A stretch of 64,000 bases of DNA from Patescibacteria group bacterium (GTDB taxonomy: Bacteria > Patescibacteriota > Doudnabacteria > UBA920), in the NCBI GenBank assembly GCA_036726225.1, contig DAIMCS010000001.1, positions 333,856-397,855 on the forward strand, written 5' to 3'. How positions within the stretch are numbered: position 1 is the stretch's first letter; each line of letters opens with the position of its first letter. Positions 63,946 through 64,000 of the stretch are shown here, piece after piece. The notes beneath the pieces are model-generated. The model did not search any database and had not been told where the DNA came from. It saw nothing but the letters and a program-made list of their open reading frames with translations. The position numbers and the translations under genes were made by a program.

Positions 63946-64000
63946 GTGTATGGAAGAATCACAGTCAGGGGTTGGCCGGAAAAAACCCGTATTACGGTTT
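63946..64000 (+). CDS. 5' end of a CDS running off the window (GTG 63946 or ATG 63950); identity unknown
   Basis: The GGAGGG Shine-Dalgarno lies 8 nt upstream of the GTG. Only about 18 codons are visible. Confidence 0.3.
   Translation, partial: MYGRITVRGWPEKTRITV

Overview
This 64-kb window is an AT-rich, gene-dense bacterial segment. It probably comes from a small-genome lineage such as CPR/Patescibacteria. That lineage call is inference from two lamin-tail-domain repeats, a compact housekeeping set, and many secreted hypothetical proteins. All protein calls rest on my reading of motifs, not on database searches.

Genes in order along the window:
- Start of window: rnj (partial, - strand), tRNA-Leu(CAG), an OppA-like substrate-binding protein and secG.
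- A signalling cluster follows: three stand-alone receiver proteins, a FIST protein and a PAS histidine kinase.
- Then uvrC and uvrA, the latter preceded by a palindromic repeat array.
- A secreted-fibre-like locus: two proteins sharing the N-terminal motif AFEAH(I/V)INVTA(R/K)I flank a SipW-type (S26B) signal peptidase, similar to the TasA/camelysin arrangement. A 2x lamin-tail-domain protein follows.
- The hrcA (with CIRCE operator)-grpE-dnaK-dnaJ heat-shock locus, interrupted by inserted small genes.
- A TrmB-family regulator with a perfect 10-4-10 operator palindrome, then a DUF4258/DUF2283 toxin-antitoxin-like pair.
- An RlmI-like rRNA methyltransferase carrying an in-frame tandem insertion, then a GIY-YIG protein and tRNA-Lys.
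- A prepilin, a 489-aa unknown protein, a DapF-fold protein, a MacB-type ABC exporter (ATPase plus two permeases) with an embedded protein carrying a possible clan-CD (caspase-like) domain, and an NDH-2-like oxidoreductase.
- Then an HtrA-like protease, topA, capA, dprA, pth, der, an LCP protein, tRNA-Val, lepB, a divergent hisS-like gene, a HIT protein, rpsU, yqeY and ftsA.
- Window end: a ~6-kb visibly more G+C-rich island of four secreted or membrane proteins of unknown function. It is bounded by a perfect consensus promoter and by terminators.

Repeat families and regulatory elements:
- A 24-nt motif AGTGACAAGT(T/A)ACAGGTGAAAGGT found twice between genes, with a related copy in-frame inside the methyltransferase.
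- A TCCCGAC...GTCGGGA hairpin family next to all three tRNA loci.
- A ~60-nt repeat of tandem 10-bp units flanking the hisS-like gene.
- Perfect TTGACA-N17-TATAAT promoters, one of them orphan and driving an ORF-free ~300-nt transcript.
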